Source of the DNA: Patescibacteria group bacterium
GTDB taxonomy: Bacteria > Patescibacteriota > Minisyncoccia > Minisyncoccales > JANBVM01
Length of the DNA stretch: 64,000 nucleotides
Direction of reading: 5' to 3'
Assembly: GCA_024238995.1 (NCBI GenBank)
Contig: JANBVL010000002.1
Location: 14,414 to 78,413 of the forward strand
The first letter of the stretch is position 1. Each line of letters begins with the position of its first letter. The notes under the pieces are model-generated. The model saw nothing but the letters and a program-made list of their open reading frames with translations, had not been told where the DNA came from and searched no databases. Below are positions 26,781 to 36,325 of this stretch, one piece after another. Both the position numbers and the translations under genes were made by a program.

Positions 26781-27410
26781 TTAACGTGAATAAAACTCAA
26801 ATATTGATAATAAATCTACTGGAGGAACAACTTCTTCTAAAGTTGGCTCACCAATTATTTTTCCTTCTAGTTTTTGTTCATCTAATTTTAACCAGCTTGG
26901 AACCTTATGTTTTTTAACTAACTGCCTGAATTCTTTTGTAATATTCTTCTTTAATTTTTGTGGTTTTAAAGATATAACATCTCCTTTTTTTAATAAATGT
27001 GACGGGATATTCATTGTTTTTCCATTAACTAAAAAAAAGCTGTGAGACACTAAACTTCTTGCCCCTTTTCTTGAAGGTGCAAAGCCTAATCTAAAAATCG
27101 TATTATCTAAACGGGACTCTAATTTCTTAATCAACAGCAAAGGAGTATCCTCTATTTTCCCCCTTTTAGTTAACAAGGCTTTAATATATTTTTTAAATTG
27201 CCTCTCTTCAAGATTATACCAGTTTTTAAGTTTTTGTTTTTCTCTCAGCTCTTTTGCATATTCACTAGGCGGTCTCCTTCTTCTTTTCCCTTTTTGACCA
27301 GGAGCATAAGGTCTTCTTACCATTGAACATTTAGGCGAACTACAACGCTCCCCTTTTAAAAAAAGTTTCTCTCCTGCACGTCTGCAAATTTTACAAATTG
27401 CTCTTTTCAT
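26781..27410 (-). CDS. rpsD: 30S ribosomal protein S4 (Zn-binding form)
   Basis: CKICRRAGEKLFLKGERC, LESRLDN, FEFYSR. Confidence 0.97.
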   Translation of the reverse strand: MKRAICKICRRAGEKLFLKGERCSSPKCSMVRRPYAPGQKGKRRRRPPSEYAKELREKQKLKNWYNLEERQFKKYIKALLTKRGKIEDTPLLLIKKLESRLDNTIFRLGFAPSRKGARSLVSHSFFLVNGKTMNIPSHLLKKGDVISLKPQKLKKNITKEFRQLVKKHKVPSWLKLDEQKLEGKIIGEPTLEEVVPPVDLLSIFEFYSR

Positions 27411-27412
27411 AA

Positions 27413-27865
27413 TTACACTCTCCTTGGTTTTTTGGGCCTGCAGCCATTATGAGGAACTGGGGTAATATCTTTTATAGAAAGTATTTCGAATTCTCTTCCA
27501 GCTAAACTCCTGATAGCTGATTCTCTGCCAGAACCTACGCCTTTTACAAAGACTCTTATTTTATTTATTTTAAACTTTATTATTGCTTGAACCATTGCTC
27601 CAGCTACTTTTGAAGCAGCAAAAGGTGTGCCTTTTTTTGTTCCTTTAAACCCAATCCTTCCTGCTGATGTCCAATAAAGAACGTTTCCTGAAGGTTCAGT
27701 CAAAGTTAAAATAGTATTATTGTAAGATGAAAAAACACAAAGCCTAGCTTCTCTGATTCTTTGAGCAGTTTTTATTTGAACGTCTTTTCTTACCGCTGCT
27801 TCTACCTTATCACTTTCTTTTAAAAGCTCTTCTTTTGTTTTTTTGATTACTCGTTTCTTGCCCAT
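27413..27865 (-). CDS. rpsK: 30S ribosomal protein S11
   Basis: GFKGTKKGTPFAA, DITPVPHNGCRP. Confidence 0.97.
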   Translation of the reverse strand: MGKKRVIKKTKEELLKESDKVEAAVRKDVQIKTAQRIREARLCVFSSYNNTILTLTEPSGNVLYWTSAGRIGFKGTKKGTPFAASKVAGAMVQAIIKFKINKIRVFVKGVGSGRESAIRSLAGREFEILSIKDITPVPHNGCRPKKPRRV

Positions 27866-27879
27866 GAGTTTATAAATAA

Positions 27880-28269
27880 TTACTTAGGTGTTGGAGCTAC
27901 TTTTCTTCCAGAACCCACTGTTTTTCTAACATTTCCTCTGACTGTTCTTGTATTTGTTCTTGTTCTCTGACCCCTTACTGGCAATCCTCTGATGTGCCTT
28001 AATCCTCTCCAAGAACCAATTTCTTTTAATCTTTTAATGTTAATCATTATTTCCCTTCTTTTTTCTCCCTCAACTTTATAATCTTTTTCAATTATCTGTT
28101 TTAATCGGTTGATTTCATCAGAATTAAGCTCTTTTGCCTGAACAGAAGCACCAATACCAGCTTCTATTAAAATCTTCTTACTTAAAGAAAGCCCTATTCC
28201 GTAAATATAGGTTAAAGCAATCACTATTCTTTTTTGTTCTGGTATATTTATTCCTGCAATTCTTGGCAT
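27880..28269 (-). CDS. rpsM: 30S ribosomal protein S13
   Basis: RIAGINIP, LTYIYGIG, GLPVRGQRT. Confidence 0.97.
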   Translation of the reverse strand: MPRIAGINIPEQKRIVIALTYIYGIGLSLSKKILIEAGIGASVQAKELNSDEINRLKQIIEKDYKVEGEKRREIMINIKRLKEIGSWRGLRHIRGLPVRGQRTRTNTRTVRGNVRKTVGSGRKVAPTPK

Positions 28270-28274
28270 AATAA

Positions 28275-28391
28275 TTATCCTTGGCGTTGTTTATGTTTTG
28301 GATTTTTTTTACAAGTAACATAAATTCGGCCTCTTCTTTTAACTGTTTTACAATTCTTACAAATTTTTTTCACTGATGATCTTACTTTCAT
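28275..28391 (-). CDS. rpmJ: 50S ribosomal protein L36 (not in ORF track)
   Basis: Hand translation [38 protein letters not shown]; lies between infA and rpsM. Confidence 0.96.
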   Translation of the reverse strand: MKVRSSVKKICKNCKTVKRRGRIYVTCKKNPKHKQRQG

Positions 28392-28474
28392 TTAGTTTTT
28401 ATTAATAATTTATTTAAATGACAAACATTCTCGAATTTTCATTCGAGAAGATTCTTAGTTTCTTTTTTATTTCA

Positions 28475-28693
28475 TTATCTGTTTCTATAAACAATTCTCC
28501 CTCTTTTATCGTCATAAGGGCTCATTTCCACAGTCACTTTATCTCCAGGAAGAATTCTGATTCTATACATTCTCATCTTGCCTGCTAAATGACCTAAAAT
28601 CTCTCTGCCATCTTCCAGCCTTATCTTGAAACTAGCGCTTGGAAGCGCTTCTAAAACAATCCCTCCAAATTTTTTTACTTTATTTTTTTCCAC
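28475..28693 (-). CDS. infA: Translation initiation factor IF-1
   Basis: [28 protein letters not shown]; GTG start. Confidence 0.96.
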   Translation of the reverse strand: MEKNKVKKFGGIVLEALPSASFKIRLEDGREILGHLAGKMRMYRIRILPGDKVTVEMSPYDDKRGRIVYRNR

Positions 28694-28705
28694 TTATGAT
28701 TGATT

Positions 28706-28734
28706 ACTTTACCAAATACTTATGCTTTGGTCAA
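28706..28734 (-). promoter_or_regulatory. Sigma70-type promoter for the infA-alpha block
   Basis: TTGACC-17 nt-TAAAGT with TGn extension. Confidence 0.55.
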
Positions 28735-28746
28735 CTCTAAAATACC

Positions 28747-30045
28747 TTAAATTGCACTATTAGTAAAGCTATATTCAATATTAATCTTTTCATTCTCTTT
28801 GGGTACATTTTTAACCCAAAAAGGCCAAAATCCAACTTCAACCTTGCTAATTTCAGGTTGGCTTTCTAAAAACAGTTTTGTACCATCCAAGGACTTACCT
28901 ATTAGTTCTTTTTTTAAAGCGTTTAGATTAAGGTCTTGATATACTTCGCCAAAGATATCTAATGAAACACTTACTTTACCTAAATCAAAATCAATAGTTT
29001 CAACAGTATAATCTATTGTTAAACTTTCCTCATGTAATAAATCATGATCAGAAGCCTTTGATAATATAGTCTGTTTAACATAATTTTTAATGTCTTGTTT
29101 CTCGAACAAGATAGTTTTACACTTGCTTTTCACTTTAAAATCAAACTTTTCTACTGCATATCCTGACTTTGTCAGAGAAAACTTTTCCAGAATTTCAGTT
29201 TCTAAAATATCTTCTATAAAAATCTGGTTTTCTGGAATTTTACTCTTTAAATCTTTCTCGCAAGCACTCTTTGCTTTTTCAACTAAAGATTCTTCAGCTG
29301 TTTCCAAGTCTTTTTCTGTAACCTGTAAAGATTCTCCTCCACCTGTCATTGTTTGCAATGATTCACCATAAAACTTAGTATATCTTGGTGTTCCTCTAAA
29401 AACATAAATTGAAAAATGAGTTGGTTCAATATTATATTCTTCACTTGCCTCAGCAGCAATTACAGGAACATCAACATATCTGGCAATAAGCTTTCCATCT
29501 TTAAGTTCAGCACCAGGCACAATTATCTTGTCTTTTGATTTGAATAATTTTCCATCTGAAGATACAAATCTTGTTCCAGCAAGCCATGTTTCAGATTTAG
29601 CTGAATATTCATTATAAAGCCTTATTGCTCCTTCAGCTTTTTGTAGAATTTGCCCAGTAGAATAGAATTCTTCATAAAGAACTTTTTGGCTTTCAAAAAC
29701 TTGAGCTGGTATTGATTTATAAGTTAAATCAACTTCATCAGCTTGGATATCAAGAACAACCTTTGATTCAAAACTCATTTGTTCTGTTTCAGGCCAAATT
29801 GTAATCTCAGCTTTTGATATTTGAAAAGCAAGAAAAACAAGAGATATTAAAAAAACAAGTGCAAAAATCTGTCCTATCTTAAATTTTTTCTTTTTAACCT
29901 TTTTCTTGGTTATTAAAATCTCAGGCTCTTTATCTTTTTTTTCAAGTCCAATAATTTTCTCTCTAATCTTCTGTTTAACAGAAAGAGATTCTTTATCTTT
30001 TTTAAATTTTCCCGGAGGTATGATATCAAATATTTTTTTAGACAT
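28747..30045 (-). CDS. Hypothetical single-pass membrane protein with large extracytoplasmic domain (baseplate J-like region possible)
   Basis: FDIIPP N-terminus, TM helix, AGTRFVSSDGKLF...V.A.EASEEYNI, C-terminal WPFWVKNVP. Confidence 0.6.
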   Translation of the reverse strand: MSKKIFDIIPPGKFKKDKESLSVKQKIREKIIGLEKKDKEPEILITKKKVKKKKFKIGQIFALVFLISLVFLAFQISKAEITIWPETEQMSFESKVVLDIQADEVDLTYKSIPAQVFESQKVLYEEFYSTGQILQKAEGAIRLYNEYSAKSETWLAGTRFVSSDGKLFKSKDKIIVPGAELKDGKLIARYVDVPVIAAEASEEYNIEPTHFSIYVFRGTPRYTKFYGESLQTMTGGGESLQVTEKDLETAEESLVEKAKSACEKDLKSKIPENQIFIEDILETEILEKFSLTKSGYAVEKFDFKVKSKCKTILFEKQDIKNYVKQTILSKASDHDLLHEESLTIDYTVETIDFDLGKVSVSLDIFGEVYQDLNLNALKKELIGKSLDGTKLFLESQPEISKVEVGFWPFWVKNVPKENEKINIEYSFTNSAI

Positions 30046-30195
30046 TAGATTATTATATAAAAATCTTTGCTTTTTGCAAAGATTTCAATCTTTCAGATTG
30101 TAAACTTTCATTTTTAAAAAGATAAGCCAATTAAAAAAACCGCCTGATTGTCCTGAATATAGCTGAAGGATTAGACGATTTTTGTTTTTTCAAAA

Positions 30196-30624
30196 TTAAC
30201 CACTTCTTTCCCGTTTCCTTATATCTTCTTTAATGATACCCCAATGATAAAGATATAAAGGCAGGCCGACTAAAATACTTGCTAGACTTGAAGAAGCATT
30301 TCTTTGTCTTTGAATTTCAACATAATTAACCTTTGATGAATCTTCTTTCCACACTTTATAATCTGCCAGCCACTCTTTAACAAGCGCTCTTTCTTCTTCA
30401 GTTAAAGATTCGTTATTCTCAAGACCCTCAACTTTTTCAACTGAATAAAACGTAGTTGGCTGACGAAAGTTTAACTTTTCCTGTTCTTCAGCTTTTGTGA
30501 AAATAAAAGCTTTAAGTCCCATATCAATAAAACGAACTGCTCCACTGATTAAAAAAGCTAACCCAACTAAAGCGAAAATATATAAATAAATTGTACGAAT
30601 AATAGAATTGCCTTTTTTAGTCAT
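30196..30624 (-). CDS. DUF5671-like two-TM membrane protein
   Basis: IRTIYLYIFALVGL and LVGLPLYLYHW motifs. Confidence 0.6.
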   Translation of the reverse strand: MTKKGNSIIRTIYLYIFALVGLAFLISGAVRFIDMGLKAFIFTKAEEQEKLNFRQPTTFYSVEKVEGLENNESLTEEERALVKEWLADYKVWKEDSSKVNYVEIQRQRNASSSLASILVGLPLYLYHWGIIKEDIRKRERSG

Positions 30625-30796
30625 AATATTTTATTATATTTTTTATTTAAATTAATAAAAATCCCATTTACTTTTCTCGCATATTCTATTTTACCAAAAA
30701 AATCGCCTGTTAGGCAGTTTCTTGTTTGAATTTTTCAACTCCTCGCGCTGAACAACGTTAAAACCTGTCTACGAGAGGCAATTATCAATTAAATAT

Positions 30797-31627
30797 TTAA
30801 AGCTTCGAATTAAGCTCTTTATTTTCAGAGCGAGAAAATTTTTCAATATTCCTATAAATTCCAAAAACTGATATCAAATATACTGACCAGCCTGTCACTT
30901 CTAAAAGTGAAGGGTTGCCATTATAGCCAAAAAGAGCTTTAAGAATAGTACCCAAACCACCCTTTTCATCGATAAGCCAGTTTATATCCCAGACATGCTC
31001 TATAGCTATGGGGATTATTCCTGCTTCTTGAAACTCATGAATTCCATAAGCAAGTAGTCCAGCAGCAAAAAATATAAGGATGATGCTGGTAACCTTAAAG
31101 AACATTCCAATTCTTAATTTAGTGGTTCCCCAGAATAATAACCAACTAACTATCAAAGCCACTCCAACTCCTAATAAAGGTCCAAAAATACTAGTTCCTT
31201 CTAACCGACTAGCTGCTCCTAAAAATATTACTGTTTCTATTCCTTCTCTTAAAACCGCGAAAAAAACCAAAGCCATTAAACCAAGAGCATGTTTCTCGCT
31301 TATTTCCCTGGATACCTGTTCTTCTAAATGTTGAGCGACATATTTGCCCTGCTTCATCATCCAGAGAATCATCGTAGTTAAAAGTCCGGCAGCCACAAAC
31401 ATAAGAATTCCCTCAAAAATTTCTTCAGTTCTTCCGCTTAGACCCCCAAACAATGCTGTAAATATTATTGCTCCAGCTATAGAAGCTAAAATGCCGAATA
31501 AGACTCCCCACCAAACAAATTTTTTATAGTTAGGCTGTTTTATTCTCACCAAATAAGCTAAAACAATCCCTACTACTAAAGCAGCCTCCAGAGTTTCTCT
31601 AAATGTAATTAAAAATCCTGCTATCAT
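30797..31627 (-). CDS. FTR1-family iron permease
   Basis: Two RExxE motifs (FRETLEA, LREGIET), multiple TM helices, HEFQEAG. Confidence 0.9.
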   Translation of the reverse strand: MIAGFLITFRETLEAALVVGIVLAYLVRIKQPNYKKFVWWGVLFGILASIAGAIIFTALFGGLSGRTEEIFEGILMFVAAGLLTTMILWMMKQGKYVAQHLEEQVSREISEKHALGLMALVFFAVLREGIETVIFLGAASRLEGTSIFGPLLGVGVALIVSWLLFWGTTKLRIGMFFKVTSIILIFFAAGLLAYGIHEFQEAGIIPIAIEHVWDINWLIDEKGGLGTILKALFGYNGNPSLLEVTGWSVYLISVFGIYRNIEKFSRSENKELNSKL

Positions 31628-31889
31628 ATTTTATTATATATTTAAATTTTTATTTATCTTTTTTAATCGACTGTTTGCTTAATTTATTAAACAAACGTAT
31701 ATGATTAGGAATTTACTTGACAATTAATCTCTCCCTTATTATATTTCATTCTTTACAAAATAACTACTTTGCCAAAAAACAGAATAAATTGACTCCAAAG
31801 AGACTGGACAAAGTTAGGACCTGTTTTCAATAAAAAAGAGATAAATTTATCTCTATAATTAATTTTGGAAATAAGTTTTTAATTTACTC

Positions 31890-32018
31890 TTAATCAAGAA
31901 CCCTAACTACTTTACATTTCGTACAATATTCTGCATTAAGATTCCATCGCCATTCCTTGTGTTTAGTTCTTTCTTTACATACTGGACAATCTTTCTCTGT
32001 TTCTTTATTGTTGGGCAT
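31890..32018 (-). CDS. 42-aa zinc-ribbon microprotein (not in ORF track)
   Basis: MPNNKETEKDCPVCKERTKHKEWRWNLNAEYCTKCKVVRVLD; AGGAGGT SD 10 nt upstream of the ATG. Confidence 0.65.
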   Translation of the reverse strand: MPNNKETEKDCPVCKERTKHKEWRWNLNAEYCTKCKVVRVLD

Positions 32019-32106
32019 TTTAGTTCTGACCTCCTGTTCACTAAATTATCATATCTGAAAGCTGTGTCAATATCAAAAACCTGAACTTAATACTCGGGCT
32101 TTAAAA

Positions 32107-32127
32107 CTCCGGTGGCAGGACTCGAAC
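32107..32127 (-). other. tRNA 3'-end fragment (Asn-like), possible att scar
   Basis: GTTCGAGTCCTGCCACCGGAG = T loop, 3' T stem, 3' acceptor strand and discriminator, starting immediately after the alaS TAA. Confidence 0.7.
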
Positions 32128-33972
32128 TTATTCAATAACTGCCCTTATTCTTCTTATTCCAACACCAACAGATTTTTCTTTAATAATTTTAAAACTACCT
32201 AACTCTCCTGTTTTTTTAACATGAGGACCTGCACAAATTTCTTTTGAAAACTTATCAATAGAATAAACTGTAACTTTGTCAGGATATTTTTCTTTAAAAA
32301 ATGCTAAAGCGCCAGATTTAATTGCGTCAGAATAGTTCATTTCTTTTTTCTCAACTTTTGAATCTTCTTTGATTTTTTTATTCACCAACCCCTCAACTTC
32401 TTTAATCTCATTTTCAGTTAATTTTTTAGAATAAGAAAAATCAAACCTTAAACGCTCATGAGTAATATCAGAACCCATTTGTTTAACACTATCGCCTAAA
32501 ACATCTCTTAGGGCCTGATGAAGCAAGTGAGTAGCAGTGTGAAGCTTTGTAGCTTCATAACCAGCTTCTTTACCAATGCCGCCAAACTTTTTCTCTGCTC
32601 CAGCACGAGACACTTCTTGATGTTTTTCAAAAGCTTTCTTAAAGCCAGGCTTATCAACCTTTAATCCCTTTTCTCTAGAAAGCTCTTCAGTCAACTCCAA
32701 TGGAAAACCATATGTATCATATAAATGAAAGGCATCAATTCCAGAAACATCACCTTTTTCAGCCACTTTTTCAAATTGTTTTAACCCCTGATTTAAAGTT
32801 TTTCCAAATTTCTCTTCTTCGTCCTGAATAATTGTTAAAATATTTTTTTCTTCAGATTTTGTTTTAGTATAAACATCCTTGTAAGTTTCAATAACTTTTT
32901 CAGCTAAAGGAATTAAAAAGTTTTTAGGCATACTAATCAGCTTGCCAAACCTAATTGCTCTTCTTATTAGCCTTCTTAGAATATAACCTCTTTCTGTATT
33001 AGAAGGTATAACGTCTTCAGAAGCTAAAAAAACAGTGCCTCTAATATGGTCAGCAATAACTTCAAATGACTTTACATTATCTCTATACTCTTTGCCTCCG
33101 GACAGGTTTTTAATTTCATTTATAACGTCAATAAATAAATCTGTTTCAAAAGCATTGTCTTTTCCCTGGACAACTATTGTTGTTCTTTCTAGTCCTCCAC
33201 CAAAATCAACATTCTTTTGTTCTAATTGTTCAAATCCTTTTTCAGTTTTAACATATTCCATAAAAACACTATTTCCAATTTCAATGAATCTTCCACAGTC
33301 ACAATTGATATGGCAAACCTTGCCTTTATACTCAGAATTTTCATGCCTTTTTAGTTCAACACCTAAATCATAGAAAACCTCGCTGTCAGGCCCACCTAAC
33401 TCGCCTACTGGCATATTTTTAGGCATACCAGAACGAGACCACCAGTTTTTTGTTTCATCATAATAAAAAATCCTACCATCTTTTATTCCATTTTTTTCAG
33501 CGAAATCAACATCTTCTGCCTCTATATCAACTTGTTTAAATAACTTTTTCCATATTTCTACAGACTCAGAATCTTTATCAATCCCAATATCTTTATTGCC
33601 CCGAAAAACTGTAACATAAAGTTTTTCTGGATTAATCTTTAATTCTTTTATTAAAAACTCAAAGTACCAGCTTAACTGTTCTTTTTTAAAATAATCACCC
33701 AAAGACCAATTTCCAAGCATTTCAAAAAAAGTAGTATGACGATTATCACCTACTTCTTCAATGTCTTCTGCACGAAAACATTTCTGAGAATTTGTTAGTT
33801 TTGTTCCTTTAGGATGTTTCTTCCCCAGCAAATACGGAACAAGTGGCTGCATTCCAGAACCAATAAAAAGAGTTGTAGAATCTTCTGGAATTAAAGAAGC
33901 ACTTGGAATAATGACATGTCCCTTTGACTTAAAGAATTCCAAATATTTCTCTCTAATTTCTTTTGAGGTCAT
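32128..33972 (-). CDS. alaS: Alanine-tRNA ligase (short form without C-Ala domain)
   Basis: HTTFFEMLGNWSLGDYFK, VDFGGGLER, editing motifs HTATHLLH and EICAGPHV; ends GIRRIRAVIE. Confidence 0.95.
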   Translation of the reverse strand: MTSKEIREKYLEFFKSKGHVIIPSASLIPEDSTTLFIGSGMQPLVPYLLGKKHPKGTKLTNSQKCFRAEDIEEVGDNRHTTFFEMLGNWSLGDYFKKEQLSWYFEFLIKELKINPEKLYVTVFRGNKDIGIDKDSESVEIWKKLFKQVDIEAEDVDFAEKNGIKDGRIFYYDETKNWWSRSGMPKNMPVGELGGPDSEVFYDLGVELKRHENSEYKGKVCHINCDCGRFIEIGNSVFMEYVKTEKGFEQLEQKNVDFGGGLERTTIVVQGKDNAFETDLFIDVINEIKNLSGGKEYRDNVKSFEVIADHIRGTVFLASEDVIPSNTERGYILRRLIRRAIRFGKLISMPKNFLIPLAEKVIETYKDVYTKTKSEEKNILTIIQDEEEKFGKTLNQGLKQFEKVAEKGDVSGIDAFHLYDTYGFPLELTEELSREKGLKVDKPGFKKAFEKHQEVSRAGAEKKFGGIGKEAGYEATKLHTATHLLHQALRDVLGDSVKQMGSDITHERLRFDFSYSKKLTENEIKEVEGLVNKKIKEDSKVEKKEMNYSDAIKSGALAFFKEKYPDKVTVYSIDKFSKEICAGPHVKKTGELGSFKIIKEKSVGVGIRRIRAVIE

Positions 33973-33974
33973 GT

Positions 33975-34484
33975 TTAAGTATATCTGTCTGCTACTGTTG
34001 AAGCCGCATAAGCTTCAGGCTTAATTTTTGCTTCAAAACCATTGCCTTTAATAAGTCCAACAACCTCTTTAATCATGTTTTTAGTATCGCCATTTTCTCC
34101 AATATCAGCATGGATATATCGGAATTGGTAATTATAATCTTTTTTAAGTTCTTGAATTTTCGCATTAAGCGCATCTTTAAGTTCCAAAGAGAGTTCACAA
34201 GATATTAAAACTTCTTCTAAAATCCTTTCTTTTAAAGAATAAAACTTTCTGTCACCATATCTAATTTTTTTCAAAAATATTCTTCCCCCTTCTCCAACTC
34301 TTAAAACAACAATTGCAACTGGAAATTGAGGATGTTCTTGAGAAGAAGAGTCGCAACCAACAATAATATCATAAAAACATTCTGGCTTTTTATCTATATA
34401 ATTAAAAATCTCATCAATCACTTGATTAAATTCTAAATTTCCAATGCTTGGATTATGAAAATGACCGTTAAGTATATTACTCAT
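33975..34484 (-). CDS. RNase H-like YkuK family protein
   Basis: IIVGCDS, IHADIG, IKPEAYAASTVADRYT motifs. Confidence 0.82.
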   Translation of the reverse strand: MSNILNGHFHNPSIGNLEFNQVIDEIFNYIDKKPECFYDIIVGCDSSSQEHPQFPVAIVVLRVGEGGRIFLKKIRYGDRKFYSLKERILEEVLISCELSLELKDALNAKIQELKKDYNYQFRYIHADIGENGDTKNMIKEVVGLIKGNGFEAKIKPEAYAASTVADRYT

Positions 34485-34596
34485 AAACTGTTTTAGTGCT
34501 TAAAAAAGGGGTTTTTACCCTTTTAAAATCATATTTTGAATAAGTTTGTCAGAACTTTGAAATATTGCGCATTATAGCAGAAATATATAAGAAAAA

Positions 34597-35277
34597 TCAA
34601 ATATTCTCAACAGCTTGAACTATGCTCGCAAACTCTTTTACTTGCAAAGATGCCCCTCCTAAAAGCACTCCATCAAACCCTGATTGGTTAATAAAGCCTT
34701 TAACATTTTTGGCGCTGACACTGCCCCCATATAAAATAATTGTTTTGGAATCTAAAGCCTTTTTAACCTTATTATTAAACGCCATAGCCTGCTTAAAGCT
34801 TGGTGTTTTGCCAGTGCCAATTGCCCAAACAGGCTCATAAGCTATTATCACATTTTGTTTTGAAACCCCTTTCAAGCAAGGCTTGATTTGGGAAATACTA
34901 TCAATGCATAAAATTGGTTTTAATCCTTGCTTGATGGCTGATTTAATTCTTTTGTTTATTAAACTGTTTGATTCACAGCCATATTTTCTTCTTTCAGAAT
35001 GGCCTAAAATAACATATTCACAACCTAAATCTTTGAGCATTTTTGGTGAGACTTCTCCAGTAAAAGCGCCTTTTTCCTGCCAACAACAGTTTTGAGCTCC
35101 AAGCTTTAATTCTTTTTTAAGCTTTGATAATTCCTCCAAATAAACAAAGGGGGGACAAAATACTACTGTAGTTTTTTTAATATTTTTTAATCCTTTTTTC
35201 ACTGAATTAAAAAGTTTTTTAGCTAAAGCTAGTGTTATAGGATTACATTTCCAATTTGCAACAACTAATTTTTTCAT
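34597..35277 (-). CDS. tpiA: Triosephosphate isomerase
   Basis: ANWK, GHSERR, AYEPVWAIGTG, YGGSV. Confidence 0.96.
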   Translation of the reverse strand: MKKLVVANWKCNPITLALAKKLFNSVKKGLKNIKKTTVVFCPPFVYLEELSKLKKELKLGAQNCCWQEKGAFTGEVSPKMLKDLGCEYVILGHSERRKYGCESNSLINKRIKSAIKQGLKPILCIDSISQIKPCLKGVSKQNVIIAYEPVWAIGTGKTPSFKQAMAFNNKVKKALDSKTIILYGGSVSAKNVKGFINQSGFDGVLLGGASLQVKEFASIVQAVENI

Positions 35278-35278
35278 A

Positions 35279-36325
35279 TTATTTTTTCTTAAACTGAGCT
35301 CTTAAATACTGAGCTGCTTTTTCAGGCTCAATAATTGAAATCTCCATTCTGGTGCCAAGTTCAAAACCAGCAGGAATAGCGGTTTTAGGAAGCACTGTCC
35401 AGTGCCAGTGGTAATATGAATAATCTTTTCCATCACAAGGAGCAGTATGCAGATAGAAATTGTAAGAAGGGTCTGCTAAACCCCTGTAAAGCGCTTTCAT
35501 TACTTTGCTAAAAATCTCTGCTAAGAATTGTTTTTCTTCTCCATCGATTTTTTCAAAATATGAAAGATGTTTTTTAGGAGAAACAATAACCTGAAATGCA
35601 TGTTTAGAAGCAAAAGGACAAACTGCTAAAAAATATTTGTTCTCAGCAACGATTCTTTTTCTCACCTTTCTTTCCCAAGCATTCATTTCACAATAAATGC
35701 ATTTCTTGTTCTTTTTAAAATAATCTCCTGAATTAACAAGAGCCTTCTTTAAATCAACATCAATTAAAGGGGTAGTAATGATCTGGGAATGAGGATGAGG
35801 CTGGGAAGCACCAGCTTCAATGCCATGATTATGAAAAATTGAAATATAGTTTACAAACCTTTTTTTCATTAAATCCAAATATCTTTTTTGATAAACTTCA
35901 AAAACTTCTTTTATTTGAGAAACATTAAAATGAGGAAAATGTTTTTTATGATCTTTCATCAAAACAAGTTCGGCAAAACCAACGGCATTCATGGTTTTAT
36001 AAAACTTACCTTCTTTTCTTTCCTCTAATTTTGAATAAGGTAAAAGCACAGGATATTTATTGGGAATAACAATTGTTGTCCATTTTTTAGGAATCTCACC
36101 CATTTTAAACAGTGCTTCTTTTCCTTTGAAATAAGCTAGAACAGGACGCTCTTGTGTTCTTAAATCAAAAAAAGGGCAATCTTTTTTAGAAATATCAATT
36201 TTTATCCTTTTCTTTTTTTTAAAAAAACTTGGCCTTCTCGCTCTTCCTGTCGCAATAATAACCCAGTCTTTAGAAACTAAATCAAAACGAAGCTCTGATG
36301 GAAATTTAGGTTTTTTACCTTTCAT
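35279..36325 (-). CDS. galT: Galactose-1-phosphate uridylyltransferase (GalT)-like protein
   Basis: WVIIATGRARRP, PNKYP, GASQPHPHSQI catalytic HxHxQ, AGFELGT. Confidence 0.82.
   Translation of the reverse strand: MKGKKPKFPSELRFDLVSKDWVIIATGRARRPSFFKKKKRIKIDISKKDCPFFDLRTQERPVLAYFKGKEALFKMGEIPKKWTTIVIPNKYPVLLPYSKLEERKEGKFYKTMNAVGFAELVLMKDHKKHFPHFNVSQIKEVFEVYQKRYLDLMKKRFVNYISIFHNHGIEAGASQPHPHSQIITTPLIDVDLKKALVNSGDYFKKNKKCIYCEMNAWERKVRKRIVAENKYFLAVCPFASKHAFQVIVSPKKHLSYFEKIDGEEKQFLAEIFSKVMKALYRGLADPSYNFYLHTAPCDGKDYSYYHWHWTVLPKTAIPAGFELGTRMEISIIEPEKAAQYLRAQFKKK

Noticed and set aside
30739-30766. Possible second degenerate att copy at the far side of the FTR1 gene
   Set aside because: Shares only CTCC and scattered bases with the 32107-32127 fragment, too weak to call.
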